Source: an uncultured delta proteobacterium
GTDB lineage: Bacteria; Myxococcota_A; Polyangia; Polyangiales; Houyiibacteriaceae
NCBI GenBank assembly: GCA_963699755.1
Contig: CAVOVB010000001.1
Location: 32,001-96,000, forward strand
Direction of reading: 5' to 3'
DNA length: 64,000 nucleotides
Shown here: positions 20,091 through 30,025 of the stretch, piece by piece
How positions within the stretch are numbered: the first letter of the stretch is position 1
Layout of the letters: every line of letters starts with the position of its first letter
The notes under the pieces: generated by a model
Databases searched by the model: none
Told to the model about the DNA's origin: nothing
What the model saw: the letters and a program-made list of their open reading frames with translations, nothing else
Translations under genes and position numbers: made by a program

Positions 20091-20176
20091 ATCGACGGGG
20101 CCCGAGTGGCTCGGACGGCACGCTCGCACGGGCGTTGATTCGCTGAAGCGACCGCCCTATCTTCGTGGGCTCGAGG

Positions 20177-21238
20177 ATGGGTGGTCCGGCAAAACGAAGG
20201 CGTGACGCGGGCGGCGAGGCGGCGCTCGATGCGTCGCATCTTCGGCCGAGCATCCACCCGACGTACGCGAGGCTTCTCGCTGCGGAGCTCAAGCGGCGGG
20301 GGTTTGCCGAGGCGGAGATCGTCGAAGGGACGGGACTTGCCTGGGCGCAGCTTCTGGAGGAAGACCGGTTTTTGAGCTTCGAGCAGTTTCGGCGACTGGC
20401 CCTCAGAGGCTTGGAGCTGACCCGGGAGCCTTGGCTTGGGCTCGATGTCGGCCGATCCACGCAGATTTCGTCTCACGGCCCGCTCGGGTACGCGATGGTG
20501 GCGAGCGCGAATGTGGGGCAGGCGCTCGACGTGGTGCAGCGATACTCGGCGCTTCGACTGCAGATCACCGAGTTCGCAGTCGAGCGCCGAAATGGCCGGG
20601 TGCAGCTACGCATCGAAGACACGCTCGGCTGGGCCGATATCGACGAATACATTTCCTCGCACATCGTGGGCGCACTCTGCCTGCTGCTCGAGACGATGAC
20701 TGGAATGACGCTGCCCGACACGCGCGTCGCGTTCACCTACCCGACGCCGGCCTGGGTGAACGAGTATGGGACGCGTCTTCGGGGGGTGACGCTCGAGTTC
20801 GACGCGCCGGCCGCCGCGATCGACATTCCTGAGTCGTTTGCTTCGACCCCGTGCATGACGGCGGACGCGAGCGCGTTCCGGCAGGCGGTGCGGCTCTGCG
20901 AGCGGGCGGAGGCGCAACACCAAAGCGATGGCAACGTGGCGCAGAGGGTGCTCGACCGACTGCTCGACCGTGAAGGAGATTTTCCGAGCCTAGGCGAAGT
21001 GGCGAAGGCGCTCGCCATGTCGGACCGGACGCTCAACCGAAAGCTCAAGGCGCAGGGGACCGCGTATCAAGTCTTGCTCGACGACGTGCGCCAGGAGCTC
21101 GCCGTGTGGTACCTTCGGCAAACCGACATGCCGGTCGAGGCGATTGCGGAACGGCTCGGGTACCTGGATACCTCGAACTTCAGCAGGACTTGCAAGCGAT
21201 GGTTCGGGGTGACGCCGCGGGAGATTCGCAAGGGGTGA
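20177..21238 (+). CDS. AraC family regulator
   Basis: N-terminal HGPLGYAM ligand domain; RLGYLDTSNFSRTCKRWFG HTH. Confidence 0.9.
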   Translation: MGGPAKRRRDAGGEAALDASHLRPSIHPTYARLLAAELKRRGFAEAEIVEGTGLAWAQLLEEDRFLSFEQFRRLALRGLELTREPWLGLDVGRSTQISSHGPLGYAMVASANVGQALDVVQRYSALRLQITEFAVERRNGRVQLRIEDTLGWADIDEYISSHIVGALCLLLETMTGMTLPDTRVAFTYPTPAWVNEYGTRLRGVTLEFDAPAAAIDIPESFASTPCMTADASAFRQAVRLCERAEAQHQSDGNVAQRVLDRLLDREGDFPSLGEVAKALAMSDRTLNRKLKAQGTAYQVLLDDVRQELAVWYLRQTDMPVEAIAERLGYLDTSNFSRTCKRWFGVTPREIRKG

Positions 21239-21325
21239 GGGTAACCGTGCGGGGCGGAGCTCTATCCGCGCCGCAGTGGGCAGGTCATTGCGGACGATTC
21301 GCTCTAAGGCTTTCGCGCTTGAACC

Positions 21326-23149
21326 CTATCGGTCCGTAAGCGATCCGGTATAGATGCGCGTCCCTGGTCCTGGGGATCCGGCGAGGCCGTTGCCGACCAC
21401 CAAGTCCAGGTCGCCGTCTCGATCCAGGTCGCCGAGTGCGGTCGACTGGCTATTCGCGCTCGGGATCTGGCTGCCTGAATAGGCAAAGCTGCCGCCACCA
21501 TCGTTGATCCAGACAATCGTCTCCGAGACGTTTCCGAACACGAGGTCGAGATCGCCATCGTCGTCTACATCGCGCAAGTGCAAAGACGATGTCAGGAGAG
21601 ACCCCTGGACGAAGTCATGGCCCGAGTCGGTGAATGTTCCCGTCCCGTCGTTTGTGTAGAGCCGACTGCCCAGGGCCGAGCCGCTGTTGCCTGCGACCAG
21701 GTCGAGGTCGCCATCCCCATCGACGTCACCCAGGGCGAGGTCGAGTGTGGTCGCGACGCCCAAGGACTGGCCGCTATCGGCGAACGCCCCCGTCCCATCG
21801 TTGAAATAGACGCGGTTCGGATGTTCGCCCACCGCGCCGCCGTTGCCTTCGATCAGGTCGAGGTCATCATCCCCGTCGAGATCCCCGAGGGCAAGCGTCC
21901 AGGTCATGTTGGAGCCCCCGAGCGCTTGGCTGGAGTCGGTGAAGACTCCCTCACCGTCGTTGACGAAGACCCGGTTTGGCGCCGTGAGATTGCCGATCAG
22001 CAAATCCAGATCCCCATCATCGTCAATATCGCCCAAGACCACCGCGTCCGTCGTATCGCCATCGACCCCCAGCTCCTGATCGCTATCGCTGAAGACCCCG
22101 GCGCCGTTGTTGAGATACACCCGGGTGGGGCCTCCATTGTTGCCGATCACGATGTCGAGGTCGTCGTCATCATCCAGATCACCGAGCGCAACGGCGTGAC
22201 TGAGGTCGAGAACAGCGCCCAAGGTCTGACCGGAATCGGCAAAACGACCATCCCCATCATTCCTGTACACCCGGCTCGTACCGAAGGTATTGACCTTCAC
22301 CAGATCGAGATCGTCATCGCCGTCGACATCGCCCAGCGCGAGCTCGGTCGTTTGGTCGTCGGGATCGAGCGACTGTTCGGTGTCGACGAACTCAGGAATC
22401 AGGTTGATCGGAATGCTCGGTATGGCGTCGGTGCCGTCGGTGCCTTCGATGGCGTCGGCCGCGAGGCTGTCGCTCACGTCAATCCCGGACGGGCTGCCCG
22501 CAACGACCTTGGCCGGGTCGAACGTGCCGCGCGTTCTCAGTGTTGCTCCCGTACCCAAGGTGATGGTGACGTCAAAGGACGTCGGGCCAGCGCTGACCGT
22601 GGCCCCTGACCCCAAGCTGTCGCCGCTCACCGGCAGGCGGAAGTCGGTCGCGCCTGCGTCGTTTACGCTCACGTCGATGTCAAAGGGCACGATGAGGACG
22701 TCGGCAGCACTGGCAGTCCCATCACCGTCCTCATCGCGAAACCGAGCGAACCCCGAAACGATCGGGCCACTGTCACAACTGACCGCCACATTGCTGACGT
22801 CGGCACCGGCAAGCGTGCCGCTCCCGTTGGCGATGCTACAGAACTGCTTTGGCGAAGTGGGTTGGCTGAAGACCGTGACGAGGTAATTGCTACCATCACT
22901 CAGTGGCGTGGCGAAGGTGAAGGCGCCGTCGCTCACGATCGGAAGGTCATCGGCGCCGTTGTTCTGCAAGACCAATCTGCCACCGGTGAGTCCTGTGACG
23001 GTGCCGCCCACGCTGAGGCGCGCGCCCGTTCCCCCACTGCCAGCCATGCCTCCGCCAGAGCCGCCGGTTCCACCGTCGCCCGTGCTGCCGCTGCATCCAA
23101 CGACGACACCCAAGGTGCATGCGCACAAAAGTCCAGAGAGATACCGCAT
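21326..23149 (-). CDS. FG-GAP/VCBS repeat lipoprotein
   Basis: VVVGC lipobox; about seven LGDxDGDxDLDL repeats. Confidence 0.85.
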   Translation of the reverse strand: MRYLSGLLCACTLGVVVGCSGSTGDGGTGGSGGGMAGSGGTGARLSVGGTVTGLTGGRLVLQNNGADDLPIVSDGAFTFATPLSDGSNYLVTVFSQPTSPKQFCSIANGSGTLAGADVSNVAVSCDSGPIVSGFARFRDEDGDGTASAADVLIVPFDIDVSVNDAGATDFRLPVSGDSLGSGATVSAGPTSFDVTITLGTGATLRTRGTFDPAKVVAGSPSGIDVSDSLAADAIEGTDGTDAIPSIPINLIPEFVDTEQSLDPDDQTTELALGDVDGDDDLDLVKVNTFGTSRVYRNDGDGRFADSGQTLGAVLDLSHAVALGDLDDDDDLDIVIGNNGGPTRVYLNNGAGVFSDSDQELGVDGDTTDAVVLGDIDDDGDLDLLIGNLTAPNRVFVNDGEGVFTDSSQALGGSNMTWTLALGDLDGDDDLDLIEGNGGAVGEHPNRVYFNDGTGAFADSGQSLGVATTLDLALGDVDGDGDLDLVAGNSGSALGSRLYTNDGTGTFTDSGHDFVQGSLLTSSLHLRDVDDDGDLDLVFGNVSETIVWINDGGGSFAYSGSQIPSANSQSTALGDLDRDGDLDLVVGNGLAGSPGPGTRIYTGSLTDR

Positions 23150-23388
23150 GAGACGCTCCTCCGTTCGACCAGGCCGAGCTCGGCCAGCCCTAGAATGCAG
23201 ACTGTGTCGTCACGAAACGCTTGTCCATGCGCAATTCTTTGGTTTCGTCACGCGCGCAAAGGTTGCGCCGCCGTCACCCGCATCCTTCCTCCGTTCTCCT
23301 GCGGAATTCCGCTCTCTCATTCGAACGCGCCCAAGTCACGCCTGCCGCGCCCTGGTACGCTCACGACGAGAAGCCATAGGATGACGGC

Positions 23389-24624
23389 TTGAAGATTGGA
23401 ATCATCGGTGGCGGCAGCGCCGGGCTCGTGACCGCTCATCTGTTGGACGGGTCGCACGACGTCACCATCTTCGAGAAGGCGCCGATCCTCGGCGGCCATG
23501 TCCGCACCCTCAATCGCAACGTACGATCTGATGTCGGGCCGGGCTTGATCCTGGACGCAGGCGTCATCGAGTTCGAACGGCGCAACTTTCCGACGCTGAT
23601 GCGTTTGTTCGACTCTCTTGGCTGCGTGACGCGACCGGTCCCCGGCACCACGACCTTCTGGACCCATGATGGGGTGCATCACCTATCGCCTGGCTCGATG
23701 AAACGGTCTCCGGGCTCGCTTCGGGAGCGGCTGCGGCATTTCATCGACCTGCTCGAGCTTCGCATGCAAGAGGTCCTGTTCAACCGAAGAACCGACTTGC
23801 CCGAGGCCTCGCTCGACAGACTCACGCTCGGGGATCTGCTGACCGACGCGGACGCGGATCGCTGGGCCGCACTGCTCGCCACCTATGCCTACTCGATTCC
23901 CTACGAACGGGTACGGCAGATGCCCGCCGGCCTCACGATCCCGATGCTGCGCGCGTTCGAGCACGCCGAAGCGTGGGTGAGCCTGCGCGGCGGGTCTTGG
24001 GACTACCTGGGTCGAATCGTCGAGAGGCTCTCGGGTAGAGTGCACACCGATGCCAACCTGGCCCGGGTTACCCGCAACCAGAGGGGGGTGAGGGTAGAGA
24101 TGGCCTCCGGAGAGGCACGCCAGTTCGACAAGATTGTCTTCGCCGCGCCTCCAGACCAGACTCTGGCCTTGCTCGATGATCCCAGCGAAGCCGAGCGCCG
24201 CCGCTTCGCTGCATGGCGCGCGAACCATATCCACACCCTCGTACACCACGATCGAGGCGTGTACGGTCGGCGCGGCCTCGAGCTGATGACCGAGTTCGAC
24301 GTGATCGAGACCGGGCCAGGAAAAGGCGGCTACAACTGCTACCTGAACGCTCTGTGCGGTGTGCCCGCGGATGAGGAGCGCGCCTTCGGACTCGCCTTTG
24401 GAATCGACGCCTGGATCGACCCAGCGAAGGTGGTCCTGCGACAGCCACACCACACGCCCGACTACACGGTGGACTCGCAGCGCTGGCACCATGAAGTGTC
24501 GGCCACCAACGGCGAGAACCACACCTTCCACGTCGGTGCATGGCTTGGGGACGGGCTCCAGGAGGGCGCGGTCACCTCGGCCCTCGCCGTCTCTGCGCTC
24601 TTGGGCGGTGCCTCGATACCGTGA
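23389..24624 (+). CDS. FAD-dependent oxidoreductase (amine-oxidase-like)
   Basis: GGGSAGL, EKAPILGGH, GAWLGDGLQEGA. Confidence 0.85.
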   Translation: MKIGIIGGGSAGLVTAHLLDGSHDVTIFEKAPILGGHVRTLNRNVRSDVGPGLILDAGVIEFERRNFPTLMRLFDSLGCVTRPVPGTTTFWTHDGVHHLSPGSMKRSPGSLRERLRHFIDLLELRMQEVLFNRRTDLPEASLDRLTLGDLLTDADADRWAALLATYAYSIPYERVRQMPAGLTIPMLRAFEHAEAWVSLRGGSWDYLGRIVERLSGRVHTDANLARVTRNQRGVRVEMASGEARQFDKIVFAAPPDQTLALLDDPSEAERRRFAAWRANHIHTLVHHDRGVYGRRGLELMTEFDVIETGPGKGGYNCYLNALCGVPADEERAFGLAFGIDAWIDPAKVVLRQPHHTPDYTVDSQRWHHEVSATNGENHTFHVGAWLGDGLQEGAVTSALAVSALLGGASIP

Positions 24625-24627
24625 GCG

Positions 24628-26181
24628 CTACACGAAGCGGTCTCCGCTGAGCTGCCCGTAGAGGTTTGATCCAGTCCAGATCGTCCCTGCGAAGCCTGCA
24701 TAGCCCGAGCTCGCGTTGCAAAAGTAGAGCCCCGGCACCGAGCTCTTCCAACTCAGCCGCGACGCGCCCATGTTCGCGGGCGTCATGTTCGAGCCATAGG
24801 CGTGGCCCCGAGGGCTGTTGACGTATCGCTCGTTGGTCGTGGGGCTCCCGAGCATCTTGAACACGATGTGCTCGCGAAGCTTCGGCACGTAGTCGCGCTC
24901 GACCACGTTTAGGATCGCGTCGAAGATGTTTCGTTTCGCGCGGTTGTACTGCTTCCGATTCGAGAAATGGAGGTTCTTGAAGCGTTCGTAGCTCGCCACG
25001 GTGAGAAACTCGATGATCTGCTTCCCGGCCGGACAGTCGGAGCGATCCTCGGTGAGCAGGGTCGGCACCGTGACCGCGAAGCTCGGTTTGGAGTAGTCCC
25101 CGCGCTCGAGCATCGCGTCGAAGGCGACGTTCAGATCGGGCTCGTCGGTATGGAACAGGTTCGAGCGGCCGAAGCCATGGTCTCGCAGGTCGAGGCCCTC
25201 GACCACGCAGTAGGCCATGAAGCTCGAAGCCGAGTACTCGTACTGGAGCTGATGACGGACGCGCATCGAGAATCGCCCGAGGCCCATCATCTCGGCGACC
25301 CGTCGTGGATCCATGTTTGTGACGACCTCGGCCCCGTGGAGCTCGTGGACCGGCCCGGTTGCGACGCCGTCGTCGTCGACCTCCTCGGCAATCACCCCGC
25401 TGACCCGATCCCCATCGAACAAGAAGCCGGTCACCCGTTGCCTGAGCCGCACCTCCCCACCCTGCTCTCGGATCGTCCGGACCAGGGTCTCGATCACGTG
25501 CTCGAAGTGGTGGGTTGGGTAGTAGGCGCCGCTCATGTAGCCGGTGAACAGTGCCACCCAGGCGAAGAAAGAGAGCTTGTTCGGTGGGAGCAAGAAGTCG
25601 GGCCACTGCAGCGCAAGCAGAGTCTGCGCCTCGAGCGGGAGTTTGAAGCTGTCGAACACATCCTGGACTGTGGCGTTGCGGTGCCGGATGACCCGACGAA
25701 AGCGATGAAGCCGTGGGATCATCCGAAGCGCACGGGGCGTGGGGGGGAGCGCATCGAGCTCGCGCTCGAGCTGCCTCACCTCTTGCAGGAAGGCGTGGCA
25801 GCGATCGGCGTGCCCCGGAAACAAGGCGGCGAGGCGGGAGCTCAAGATGTCCCAGTCGTTCGGGATGTCCAGCGCAAGCCCGGGCATGCGCATGCGATCG
25901 AAGCCCGTGCTGTCGAGGCGTTCGAAGGTGACCTCATCCTCGAGCTCGAGCTTGCGCAGAAAGCGGCCGACCGTCTCGTCTGGACCGCAGTTCCAGACGT
26001 AATGGAGCTGCGCGTTGAAGCGGTACTCGTCGGGGGCGTCACCGAAGCTGAAGGTGTGACCGTAGCCGCCGGGCGCGTAATGGGCCTCGAGCACGGTCAC
26101 TCGCTTGCCCGCTCGGGCCATGAGCGCCGCAAAGGCCAGCGCAGACAGCCCAGTTCCGACGATCAGGTAGTCCGGCTTCAT
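24628..26181 (-). CDS. Phytoene desaturase/retinol saturase family FAD oxidoreductase
   Basis: IVGTGLS, EAHYAPGGY, SPTTNERY...GHAYG. Confidence 0.85.
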   Translation of the reverse strand: MKPDYLIVGTGLSALAFAALMARAGKRVTVLEAHYAPGGYGHTFSFGDAPDEYRFNAQLHYVWNCGPDETVGRFLRKLELEDEVTFERLDSTGFDRMRMPGLALDIPNDWDILSSRLAALFPGHADRCHAFLQEVRQLERELDALPPTPRALRMIPRLHRFRRVIRHRNATVQDVFDSFKLPLEAQTLLALQWPDFLLPPNKLSFFAWVALFTGYMSGAYYPTHHFEHVIETLVRTIREQGGEVRLRQRVTGFLFDGDRVSGVIAEEVDDDGVATGPVHELHGAEVVTNMDPRRVAEMMGLGRFSMRVRHQLQYEYSASSFMAYCVVEGLDLRDHGFGRSNLFHTDEPDLNVAFDAMLERGDYSKPSFAVTVPTLLTEDRSDCPAGKQIIEFLTVASYERFKNLHFSNRKQYNRAKRNIFDAILNVVERDYVPKLREHIVFKMLGSPTTNERYVNSPRGHAYGSNMTPANMGASRLSWKSSVPGLYFCNASSGYAGFAGTIWTGSNLYGQLSGDRFV

Positions 26182-26398
26182 CCCATCGCCCAACCTGACC
26201 GGCCTCCGGATGCATGTCGAACGCGCGCAGGGTGCGGATCGTGCCGCACGCGCGGCCATGACCCCGAGGCGCTCGGGCGAGTCGCGCCCGGGGAGGAAGG
26301 GCTTGCCAGCTCCTCGACGGTGAACGAGCTGAGCGGATTTGGCACTAAAGGCTGAATTTGTTAGCCTGACGGAGGGTTCTTTTTTGATGGGAGGGGCT

Positions 26399-26680
26399 AT
26401 GTGGGACGATAAGACTTCGTCGTCGGTTTACGTCGAGCTCACGGGGTATTCGGTGCGTGCATCCGTGGAGGACAGCCGTCGAGAAACGCGGGAGATGTTC
26501 GAGGGGCTGAGCGTTGCCGAACGCGACGCGCTCGCCTTCGACGCCTGGACGACCGGGCTTCGCGCGGTCTCGAGCGCCCGCCGGCCGTCCCGTGAGCCGG
26601 GGTTTCAACGGGTCAGCAATGCCGTGAAGCCGCCGCGCGAGTCGGCTCGCTTGAGCACCATTCCGCCATCGTCCTGGTAG
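26399..26680 (+). pseudogene. Possible truncated hypothetical gene
   Basis: RBS GGAGG and ATG; protein-like to about WTTGLRAV, then degenerates. Confidence 0.3.
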
Positions 26681-26692
26681 GGGGCGCGGGGC

Positions 26693-27409
26693 TCAGCGCT
26701 GCGAGAGCTCGCCGGAAACCGCACGCGCGCGTAGCAGCGTCAGGAATAGCGCGGCCGATATGCCGGATGCGCCGAAGACCATGCACATGACCATGACCTG
26801 GTAGCGGACCGCGACCAGCGGCGAGACGCCCGAGAGGATCTGGCCGGTCATGAGGCCGGGGAGTGAAACGAGGCCGACGGCGAACAAGGTATTCACGATG
26901 GGAATGAGGCCGGCCTGCATGCCGATCCGTCTTGCATCGACATAGGGGACGCCGCGGCGGAGCTCGGCGGTGATGCGTTCGGCGGCGAGGCTGACGGCAT
27001 TCATGGAGGCGGCGAAAATCATGCCGGCGAGCGGGACCATGAAGCTTGGCTGGTACCAAGGCTCCAGGGTGAGAACCGCTTGGGTGATGAGCGCGACGGT
27101 GAGGCCGCCGCCGATGAGGATGGACAACAGAGCGTAACCGTAGAGCCTAGGCCGGAGCTGGGGCACGGTGCGGAGCGCAATCCAACTTGCGGCAACGACC
27201 ATGACCGACATGACGGCGAGGACGATCCAGGGAACGTCGGCTTCGAAGATGTAGACCAGCACGTAACCGACGAGGAGGAGCTGGATGAGCATGCGCGCGA
27301 GGGCGGCCAAGCTGTGTCGGGCCCCGACGGACCAGCGCCAGAGGATGAACACCACGAAGAGCGCGGGGATGGCGGCCAAGGCGAGGTTGAAGACAGGAAT
27401 GGTTTGCAT
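26693..27409 (-). CDS. UPF0014/FetB-like ABC permease
   Basis: RMLIQLLLVGYVL, GLVSLPGLMTGQILSG, AVRYQ. Confidence 0.85.
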   Translation of the reverse strand: MQTIPVFNLALAAIPALFVVFILWRWSVGARHSLAALARMLIQLLLVGYVLVYIFEADVPWIVLAVMSVMVVAASWIALRTVPQLRPRLYGYALLSILIGGGLTVALITQAVLTLEPWYQPSFMVPLAGMIFAASMNAVSLAAERITAELRRGVPYVDARRIGMQAGLIPIVNTLFAVGLVSLPGLMTGQILSGVSPLVAVRYQVMVMCMVFGASGISAALFLTLLRARAVSGELSQR

Positions 27410-27411
27410 GG

Positions 27412-27600
27412 CTAGCCTCCGCTTTGCTCGACGAGGTGGCCGATGTAGGCGCGCACGCAGAGCTGGCACCGAACAAAGATGGTTTCGGTTCTGGTGCCGG
27501 CTTTGCTTTGGGCGGGGCTTCGGAAACGCCAGCGTTGCTCGTGGCGGAAGTTGGTGTCGACGACCCGAACGAAGGCTTCCATGGCGACGAGGCGGTCTAT
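27412..27600 (-). pseudogene. LysR regulator minigene (ATA start, large deletions)
   Basis: IDRLVAMEAFVRVVDT / NFRHEQRWRF...ETIFVR / VRAYIGHLVEQ* in one 62-codon frame. Confidence 0.6.
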
Positions 27601-27662
27601 TGTTCGCGTAACATAGACACTGATTGCATGATCTAGCTAGTTGTTTGTGAAACGGACGCGCG

Positions 27663-29144
27663 CTAGCGGCTTCTGGAGGCAAGGCCCTGCAGGAGCGCGA
27701 AGAGGTGCAGCATTACGGCGGTGTCGTGCTCGCAATAGGCTTCGAGCTGGCTTCGTAGCGCGTCGCGCTCGCCTGCCTTGAGCTCTTCTGGGCGACAGAG
27801 CAGCGCCTCCAGCAGCGCTGATGCTCTCTGTCCGCCGCTTACGTCGAGCTTGTCGTAGGCCATCTCGGGGAGGAGGGCCGCGACGACGTTCTTGATGCTG
27901 AAGCTTCCGCGGAAGGCGGGGTGGTAGAGGTGGTTTTTGACGACGAGGAGGAGATCTTGGGTTTTGTCGCGTGCTTCGAGTAAGGCCGGGGCGTGTTCGG
28001 GGGAAGCTTCTGCAAGGGCAGCCAGGCAGCGCTTCTCGACGCTGGCGTGCCAGGCGAGAACCGTTTCGGCGCCGTCCAAGGCCGTGACGAGTGCTTGGGC
28101 CAACTGGGGGCGCGGGTCGCCCTGCCCTCGAGCAAGAGATGCGCTGTGGGAAACGTCGCCGCTCGCCTCGATGGTGTGCACGCTGAACTGAACAGGGACC
28201 GCGCCGAAAGGGCTACAGCCGTTCCAGACGGGCAACGCTGGGGCGACCGTTTCAAAGTCGAGCATGGCGATGGGGTAGCGGTAGGCGAGTGCGTCCTCGA
28301 GGCCCGGTGCGACGATGAGCTCGTTTGCGAGGAGCGCCGCCCGATGGCGCGCCCAGAGCGGCTTGAGCGGGAAATCACTTGGGATTTGGTCGACGGTTTC
28401 CGCACCGGCGTCACGGAGCGCGTCGAGCGCATCGGCCTGGATGCCGTTGAGGTCTTCGATGCCATGGTCGAGCGCGGGCGCTGCGCATCGGGCCAAGAAG
28501 GGGCACTCGTAGGGCGAGATGCACTGGGGGCCGGTGGAGACGTCGGGGAGCGGGCCTGCGAGCATTCGGAGCTGCGCGCTCGCTTCGGCGGGGATGCTCT
28601 TTCTGAGCTCAGTGACTTCGGCGCTGATGTCTGCCCTGATGAAGAGGGGGCCCTGGTCGGGGTGGCGGTGCGCGCGGTTGAGGTGCATGAGCTCGACGCG
28701 CGCGACTCGGAGGCCGGCTCGTTCGACGACGTGCGCTTGCACGGCTGCGTCCGGGACGTGCTGCGGCTTGACCCGGCTGGTGGCTTTGACCTCGGTGAGC
28801 ACCCAGCCGTCGCCCTCTCTGCTGAGCGCGTCGACGGCGACGAAGATCTCGTCTTCGAAGAAGCTTGCTTCGAGGATGGCACGGGCGCCGGCGTCGATGG
28901 CCTCGCGGGTGGGCTTGACGGAGGCGAGCGGGTGGCGGTAGTCGAAGTCGATGAGGACGGCGTTTGGGAACTCTTGGCGTGCGCGCGCGCCGACGCGCTT
29001 GCCCATGTCGAAGACGGCTTGAAGGGCGGCGTCGGGCTGGAGCTCGGGGGCGTGCGGCTCGTGCACGCGCCACCAGAGTTGGCGCTGACATTGAAGGCCG
29101 GCGATGAAGCGCGATTTGGAGAGGCGGTGGGGGCTCGGCGCCAT
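27663..29144 (-). CDS. DUF2779 domain protein (PD-(D/E)xK-like N-terminus, RNase H-like C-terminus)
   Basis: LSKSRFIAGLQC, VD...EVKA, LDFET, PVQFS, SFSIK, YCEHDT. Confidence 0.85.
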   Translation of the reverse strand: MAPSPHRLSKSRFIAGLQCQRQLWWRVHEPHAPELQPDAALQAVFDMGKRVGARARQEFPNAVLIDFDYRHPLASVKPTREAIDAGARAILEASFFEDEIFVAVDALSREGDGWVLTEVKATSRVKPQHVPDAAVQAHVVERAGLRVARVELMHLNRAHRHPDQGPLFIRADISAEVTELRKSIPAEASAQLRMLAGPLPDVSTGPQCISPYECPFLARCAAPALDHGIEDLNGIQADALDALRDAGAETVDQIPSDFPLKPLWARHRAALLANELIVAPGLEDALAYRYPIAMLDFETVAPALPVWNGCSPFGAVPVQFSVHTIEASGDVSHSASLARGQGDPRPQLAQALVTALDGAETVLAWHASVEKRCLAALAEASPEHAPALLEARDKTQDLLLVVKNHLYHPAFRGSFSIKNVVAALLPEMAYDKLDVSGGQRASALLEALLCRPEELKAGERDALRSQLEAYCEHDTAVMLHLFALLQGLASRSR

Positions 29145-29936
29145 TTACTTGCTCGCGGTCGCGATGAGCGCCGGGTGAGCGAATCGCACGGAGCCATCCG
29201 CGGTCACGAATCGCCTCAGCTCGTGCTCTGCTTCTGCGACCAGCGATTCATACTGCTGGTCGTCGAGCTTGTCGGCCAAGGTCCACCCGCGAACATCGGC
29301 GTGAATCCACGAGCGAATCGAGGGGAAGCTGGCTTCGCCTTGCACGCGTCGAACCTTGGGGTCGGCGACGCCGGCGCCCGCAAGGAGAGAGCCCAACGCG
29401 CCCGGATCGCCCAGTGAGTAAGGCGCTCGCAACAAGACCGCGAAGTCTTCGCCGAAGAGCCGAGCCAGGAGAGAGGTGATCGCTAGGTATCCGGGCGTGT
29501 TCTCGAGGGAATCCCAGACCGCAATGGCGAGACGGCCTCCGGGGCGAGTGACGCGCCACATCTCCGCAATCGCCCCCTGCTTGTCTTGGAAGAACATCAA
29601 ACCGAATTGACTGATGGCCGCATCGAAGCACTCCGCGTCGAACGGCAGTGCCTCCGCCGAGGCTCGTTGCCAATCGATTTGGGGTGCCTTGCGTCGAGCC
29701 ACCGCCAGCATACCCGGGTTGAGGTCGACGCCGGCAACCATCCCGCCGGGAGACGTCGCCCTGGCCGCTTCGAGCGTCAACACACCCGTCCCGCACGCTA
29801 CATCGACGACGCGCTGTCCCGCTTGGAGCCGAGCGGCCGAGACCACCCGTGGCGCCCATGCGCCAAAAAGCGCGGGCAGAAAGAACTGGTCATAGACCTC
29901 CGCGGCGCTCGAAATGACTTGCCCTGCGTCATTCAT
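29145..29936 (-). CDS. Class I SAM-dependent methyltransferase (UbiE-like)
   Basis: VVDVACGTG, QFGLMFF; stop abuts the DUF2779 ATG. Confidence 0.9.
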   Translation of the reverse strand: MNDAGQVISSAAEVYDQFFLPALFGAWAPRVVSAARLQAGQRVVDVACGTGVLTLEAARATSPGGMVAGVDLNPGMLAVARRKAPQIDWQRASAEALPFDAECFDAAISQFGLMFFQDKQGAIAEMWRVTRPGGRLAIAVWDSLENTPGYLAITSLLARLFGEDFAVLLRAPYSLGDPGALGSLLAGAGVADPKVRRVQGEASFPSIRSWIHADVRGWTLADKLDDQQYESLVAEAEHELRRFVTADGSVRFAHPALIATASK

Positions 29937-30025
29937 GTGTCCGGCTCCGTTGAGACGAGACTAAGGTGTGCAGCAAGAAAATGCACGGACGCGAGTCGTC
30001 GTCGCGGACTCACGGCGAATCAAGC

